A stretch of 64,000 nt of DNA from Eledone cirrhosa (Eukaryota): assembly GCA_964016885.1 (NCBI GenBank), contig OZ024741.1, forward strand, positions 207,700,001-207,764,000, written 5' to 3'. Positions 57,701 through 64,000 of the stretch are shown piece after piece (positions within the stretch are counted from its first letter, which is position 1; the number at the start of each line of letters is the position of its first letter). The position numbers and the translations under genes were made by a program. The notes below the pieces were generated by a model. That model worked only from the letters and a program-made list of their open reading frames with translations. It was not told the origin of the DNA and searched no databases.

Positions 57701-60059
57701 CAGATATACACAGAACACGACACACACATAGAACACGACACACACACACACAGAACATGAAACACACACAGAGAACACGTCACACACACTCATAACACGA
57801 CACATATACACAGAACACGACAAACATACAGAACATGACACACAGAACACGACACATATACACATAACACGACACACACAGCGAACACGAAACACACACA
57901 CATATAACACGACATATATACACAGAACACGACACACACACACACAGAACACGACACACACACGGAACACGACACACACACATAACATGTCACACACACA
58001 CACACAGAACACGACACACACCAACAGAACAGTGCACACATACATATAACACGACCCACACACACAGAACACGACACACACACACACAGAGAACACGACA
58101 CACACAGGGTACATGACACATATACACAGAACACGACATACACACACACACAGAACACGACACACACAGAACACGACACATATACACAGAACACGACACA
58201 TATAAACAGAACACGACACATATACACATAATATGACACATTACACAGAACAAACACACACACACACAGAACAGGGAACATATACATAGAACACGACACA
58301 CACACACATAACACGATACATATACACAGAACGCGACACACACACAGAACACGACATACACACAGAACACGACACACCAACATACAGAACACAACACACA
58401 CACACAACATGACACATATAAACAGAACACGACACACACACAGAACATGACACATATAAACAGAACACGACACACACGCAGAACATGACATACACACAGA
58501 ACACGACACACACACATACAGAACACAACACACACACAGAACATGACACATATAAACAGAACGCGACACACACGCAGAACATGACATACACACAGAACAC
58601 GACACACACACATACAGAACACAACACACACACAGAACATGACACATATAAATAGAACGCGACACACACGCAGAACATGACATACACACAGAACACGACA
58701 CACACACATACAGAACACAACACACACACAGAACATGACACATATAAACAAACGCGACACACACGCAGAACATGACATACACACAGAACACGACACACAC
58801 ACATACAGAACACAACACACACACACAGAACATGACACATATAAATAGAACGCGACACACACGCAGAACATGACATACACACAGAACACGACACACACAC
58901 ATACAGAACACAACACACACACAGAACATGACACATATAAACAGAACACGACACACGCAGAACAGGGAACATATACATAGAACACGACACACACACACAT
59001 AACACGATACATATACACAGAACATGATACACACGCAGAACACCACACACACATACACAGAACAGGGCACATATACACAGAACACGACACACACCCAAAG
59101 AACACGACACATATACACATAACACGACAAACACACAAACAGAACACGACACACACACACAGAACACGACACATATACACAGACCACGACGCTCACACAC
59201 AGAGCACGACACACACACACACAGAACACGACACATATACTCATAACACGACACAGACAGACACAGAACACGACACACACACACAGAACACGACACATAA
59301 TCACAGAATACACACGACACACACATAACACGATACACACACAGAACATGACACATATACACATAACACGACACAGACACACAAAGAACACGACACATAC
59401 ACACAGAACACGACGCACATACACAGAACACGACATACCCACACAGAACACGACACACACTCACAGAACACGACACATATACACAGAACATGACACACAC
59501 ACACAGAACACGACACACAAGCACAGAACAGGGCACATATACACAGAATACGACACTCACACACATACACGACACATACACATAGAACACGACACATATA
59601 CACAGAACATGACACACACACGCACAGAACACGACACATACACATATAACACGAGACATATACCCAGAATATGACACACACACACAGAACACGACACACA
59701 CGCACAAAATAGGGCACATATACACAGAACACGATACTCACACACAGAACACGACACATATACACAGAACACAACACACACAGAACACGACACATATATA
59801 CAGAACACGACACACACACACACAGAACACGATACACACACAGAGAACACGACACATATACCCAGAACACAACACACACAGAACACGACACATATATACA
59901 GAACACGACACACACAGACACAGAACACGACACACACACATACAGAACACGACACATATACATAGAACACGACACACATACACACAGAACACAACACACA
60001 TACACAGAACACGACACACACACATATAGAACACGACACATATATACACACAGAACACA
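45650..60059. repeat. 14.4-kb CA-rich compound minisatellite built from CAGAACA(C/T)GAC-(AC)n units
   Basis: Basic unit 16-22 bp. A 38-bp dimer CAGAACATGACACATATAAA-CAGAACACGACACACACA dominates ~49.5-53.4 kb and a 96-bp unit dominates ~54.3-56.3 kb. Confidence 0.95.
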
Positions 60060-60311
60060 AGTTCTCTCCAGGCCAGTTTAACATTCCTTTGACATGTTTT
60101 CTTCACTTCTGGCAAAACCAACTTCATTTCGTAATTTCAAAAATAAAAATAAATAAAAATGAAACGCTTTTATTAAAATACTTTTCCCGTTCGCCTTTGT
60201 TGTTACATTTTAACTTTCCACAATGATAAATGTGATAAATGAAGACATTACGCATGTTTTCCTTTCATTAAATACCTTTATAGCAGTTATCATCTGCATT
60301 AATGAATGCAA

Positions 60312-60377
60312 GACATCTTTCTGTTTGTCTCTCTCTCTCTCCGCCCCCTCCCTCTCCCTCTCTCTCTATCTATCTAC

Positions 60378-60442
<65 letters not shown>

Positions 60443-60512
60443 GGGGTAGATAGATAGAGAGAGAGAGAGAGGGAGGGGCGGAGAGAGAGAGAGAGAGACA
60501 AACAGAAAGATG

Positions 60513-60514
<2 letters not shown>
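60312..60514. repeat. Palindromic foldback centred on (TA)n
   Basis: GACATCTTTCTGTTTG(TC)n-CGCCCCCTCCC...CTATCTACCCCC-(TC)n-(TA)n-(GA)n-GGGGGTAGATAG...GGGAGGGGCG-(GA)n-CAAACAGAAAGATGTC. Confidence 0.9.
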
Positions 60515-60550
<36 letters not shown>

Positions 60551-60715
60551 ATCTATCTATCTCTATCTGTCTATCTCTCTCTATCTCTCTATCTCTCTCT
60601 CTATCTCTCTCTCTCCCTATCTATTTCTCTCTCTATCTATCTATCTCACTCTATCTCTCTATATCTCTCTCCATATCTCTCTATCTATCTATCTATCTCT
60701 CCCTATCTATCAATA

Positions 60716-60746
<31 letters not shown>

Positions 60747-60826
60747 CTCCATCTCTCTATATCTCTCTCCATCTCTCTCTCTATCTATATCTCCCTATCT
60801 ATTTCTCTCTCTATCTATCTATCTCC
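60515..60826. repeat. (TA)n then (TC)/(TCTA)n microsatellite
   Basis: Read directly. Confidence 0.93.
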
Positions 60827-61031
60827 GGATGGTATAGACGTTCTTCACATCGGCTCCTCAAGTATTGGAGATATTACGTGTTAACAGTAAGTGTTTGTCT
60901 GTACTCTTCCGTTATTGTGTTAATTAACCCCCTTGCCTGGGTCTTCGGACATTAGGGTTAATTTATTTCACCACTTTTGGGGTGAAATTTTTCATCCTAA
61001 AAATCTTGTGATTGTCTCTACGCTAGTGGTA

Positions 61032-62449
61032 ATGGAAGCCATTACCACAGGTAACGATGACACGCCCACTAAACAAACTGAAGGAGAGCGGGTAGCTGAG
61101 GCAACAAGCCTCCCTACTGAAAGAATAATTGTTTCTACATTAGGCACAAGGCCATCAATTACCCAGTGCATTTCTGGTACTTTATTTTATCGACCCCGTA
61201 AGGATGAAAGGCAAAGTCAACCAAAGAATAATGATTATTAGAAACATTGAAAAAATGGAGCCTAACCCTAATGAAAAAAAATGTGAAAAAAATTGACTCG
61301 GAGAAATTGCCAGCAAAGGTGAAAGAGAAGTAGTAGCTGTGACTACAAGTCTCTCGGATACTGAAAATATAAGTGAACATTTTGAAAAAATGGAGTCTAA
61401 CGCCAACAGGGGAAAAATATGTGAACGTATACACCAACATAAATAACACAAACACAACAAAAAATGAAAATTGTAACAACAAAAAACAAGAAAACAACCA
61501 CATTTCGACAAATGTAAATAAAGAGGGTGCGAACAAAATGACGTTCGCTCAAACTACCAAAAAAAAACCATTGTGTATGAATCTATTGACATTTCGAACA
61601 TGGCTCAGCAAATGGAAAATGCACAGAAGTATATAACTTTGGAGGAGAATGGTCTATTTTCTTTAAATTCTCCCCCAGAGCTAAAAAAGGAAAATAGCTT
61701 AAAATCTATTATTTATAGGACAATATCAAACAAAACCCGTAAGCTACTCTACGGTAGTCTATCCATCCGAATGAAAGATAAATTGACGGGCGAAAAACAT
61801 TCCCTGGCTCCAATTGTGTCCCCCTTATTTACCTTCTTCCCTACTTATTTGGGAAGAAGAACGCAAAGATTGACCATACACAGTATCAATCCAGATATGG
61901 GCGGTACTGTGTGGCCTCTTCGACTTGAAAGAGGATGCAGTAATTTCGGTAGGTAAGTCTTCCAGCAACGTATTCGGTGGAACTAGCCTGCAAGTTCTGG
62001 TGCAAATGCAGCCAGAACGAATTGCTAAGATACCCGACCGCATATTGCTGGATGGGCTTGCCTACTTACACATCACAGTGGAGGGTAGACGACCCGCTTG
62101 TTACATCTGTGATGGCAGAGGTTACCTGAGGGCTGCCTGTTCTCAAGCAAACAAAAAAACACCGATTTTGCCCACACCAACAACTACAACACTACCAACA
62201 CAACCTCCACCACCACCACAAAAACAACTAACACCACAAGTTAAAACACAACTGAAATCAATTCCACCCATCCCCCACACAGAAAACAAATACATTAACA
62301 CCCACACCACAAACACGAGCCGAAAATGTACCCCTCCCCTCGAATACGGAAGACGACCCCCTTTCGTCGTCAGACGAGGGGGGGGGGGCACTTTCATAAA
62401 GTTAAAAGAAAAAAAAGAAAACACACAACAGGAACACAAATACAAATAA
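61032..62449 (+). pseudogene. LINE ORF1 remnant (gag-like, degenerate CCHC zinc knuckle), frameshifted and SINE-interrupted
   Basis: ORF pieces 61373-61636, 61573-61956 and 61925-62449. IPDRILLDG...ITVEGRRPACYICDGRGYLRAAC is CX2CX4(H>Y)X4C, followed by a Pro/Thr-rich tail. Confidence 0.75.
61130..61222 (-). mobile_element. 5'-truncated SINE nested in LINE ORF1, 10-bp TSD
   Basis: 3' half of the SINE in reverse orientation, flanked by AAAGAATAAT at 61120-61129 and 61223-61232. Confidence 0.9.
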
Positions 62450-62582
62450 CCCCTCCCCAATACATAACACAGACAACAACACAAAAAAAACACAACAGCA
62501 AACAAAAAACAGCACACAAAAAGAAAAATATGCATACACTTACATAAACACAATAAACAGAAAATTGTTAAACGTTATTTAT

Positions 62583-62766
62583 CGGTGGATTGGCAGTATC
62601 GGTAGAGGGTCGGACGCCATGCTTTTACGTATAGAGTTAGTGCCCTTGCCATTCTGAGTTCAAATCCCGCTGAGGTTAACTTTGCCTTTCATCCTTACGG
62701 GGTCGATAAAATAAAGTACCAGTAATGCACTGAGTAATTGCTGGCCTTGTGCCAAAAGTAGAAACA
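62583..62766 (+). mobile_element. Full-length short-variant SINE nested in the LINE, 9-bp TSD
   Basis: CGGTGGATTGGCAGTATCGG...AAAGTAGAAACA flanked by GTTATTTAT at 62574-62582 and 62767-62775. Confidence 0.93.
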
Positions 62767-63120
62767 GTTATTTATAATAACTTAATAAAAACCGAAGGTT
62801 CGAATTTCGCACAAGCAACGGGGCTTCCCCACCTAAAAATGATAAAAGCCACAATAGACATTTACAAAACGTTAAAAGACACTTTTAAAGAGGACGTGGG
62901 GCCCCCCTGCGTCAGACCCATTAACCGTGTCCTCCTAAATAATCCCCCCCCCCCAGACACCCTCACAACTCCAAACACCCCAATCCCACAACGCACTGAT
63001 GCCCCTACACTTCCACAAACCACCACCCCACCCAACAACCCATCCCCCACCCCCATGGAAATTGTGCGGCCCGGTCCCCGGGACGCAGAGAGGTAAGTAC
63101 CTTTCCTCTTTACCACCAAC

Positions 63121-64000
63121 ATGGCTGTGTTGAGAGTAGGTTGTCTAAATGCGCGTGGCCTGGGCTCACCTTGGAAGCAAGCAATGCTTCTAAATGACCT
63201 CAGGTCACGATGTATAAATGTGATGGTTATTTGCGACAGCTGGCCTCCACCTTTGATGACTTTGAGATGCACGCACCTCTCCGTCAGCCCGGAGGAGGGG
63301 TGGGGTTGTCGTTCTGCTGCAAAAAAAATCTGGGTCTCGCTACACAGACGGTACACTTGGACCCGGAGGGTCGACTAGTGGTTCTGGACCTTGGCAGTGG
63401 TGAAGGCGGAGCTTTTAGGCTGGTCGCCGTCTACGGCCCTTTTGGGTCAACGCGGCCGGACATCTTCCATCGTCTGGAGACTTTTCTAGGGACGTCCTGC
63501 TCCTTGCTTTTAGTGGGGACTGGAATTGTATCCTAGATGCACGTTGGGATTATGTAGGGGCATGTCCCGATAGAGGGGGTTGTAACAGCCTCAAGAGGTT
63601 AATCGGCCGATTCGACCTGGCCGATAGATATCGACTAGATTTTCCGACTGTGCCAAATTGGTTTTGGACAAACCATAGCGGTCAATCTAGATCATACCGA
63701 GATAGGTTCTTAGTTAGAAACAAGGATAGGGACTTTTTAAGTTGTCAAGAAATGCTCATGGTTGGCTATTCAGACCACAAGTTATTGACCTCCATGGTCA
63801 ACCTTGATAGAACGCATAGACAGGGACCCGGTTACTGGAAGCTCAACTTGTCCTTACCGGCAAGTAAAGCTTACAGGGACCGGATTAGTACTTTAGTTAA
63901 GGAGCGGTTGACGGGCCCCATCGTCAACAGCAGGTGGTGGGTCTCTCTCAAAAGAGAGATTAGAGTAGCTTCAATAGGAGTTAGTAAGGAGTTAGCCTGA
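63121..64000 (+). pseudogene. LINE ORF2 remnant, APE-type endonuclease domain (Tx1/L1-like), multiple frameshifts
   Basis: Motifs over three frames: CLNARGL, DPEGRLVVLD, FRLVAVYGP, GDWNCILD (frameshifted), WTN...SYRDRFLV, SDHKLL, GPGYWKLN. In-frame TGA at 63998-64000. Confidence 0.88.

Larger units (their letters stand above)
60827..64000 (+). mobile_element. Decayed L1/Tx1-clade non-LTR retrotransposon (5' part; runs off the right edge)
   Basis: Fragmented gag-like ORF1 with a zinc knuckle, followed by ORF2 APE endonuclease motifs and two nested SINEs. The 5' boundary is approximate. Confidence 0.85.

Noticed and set aside
45328-60127. Very long Cys/Val-rich minus-strand ORFs (up to 1138 aa) and Thr/His-rich plus-strand ORFs
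   Set aside because: Open in several frames at once, and unit lengths are often not multiples of three. This is a compositional artefact of the CA-rich minisatellite.
63121-64000. Active LINE supplying reverse transcriptase for the ribozyme array
   Set aside because: This copy is frameshifted and has stops, and nothing in the sequence links it to the satellite.

Overview
Eukaryotic, repeat-dominated DNA with no intact protein-coding gene. The SINE family and heavy microsatellite load suggest an octopod or other mollusc; this is inferred from memory and not verified. Positions 1-~40000 are a head-to-tail satellite of roughly 125-128 near-identical 316/304-bp monomers. The main result is that each monomer carries a complete type I hammerhead ribozyme on the + strand. 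It has a long G-U-rich stem I, core UUGAUAA (the compensatory U3-A8 variant of CUGAUGA), stem II GCUU/AAGC, GAAA, a near-palindromic stem III, a GUC cleavage triplet and a possible loop II/stem I pseudoknot. The rest of the monomer also folds into hairpins. The array therefore looks like a 40-kb-plus ribozyme satellite or non-LTR retrozyme whose transcripts could self-process into ~304/316-nt, possibly circular, RNAs. Three monomers carry an identical tRNA-derived SINE insertion, and the array has higher-order repeats. The rest of the window holds microsatellites, two foldback inverted repeats, a cluster of five SINEs, an old RTE reverse-transcriptase fragment, a 14.4-kb CA-rich compound minisatellite and a decayed Tx1/L1-clade LINE with two nested SINEs. 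Almost all ORFs in the supplied track are repeat artefacts.
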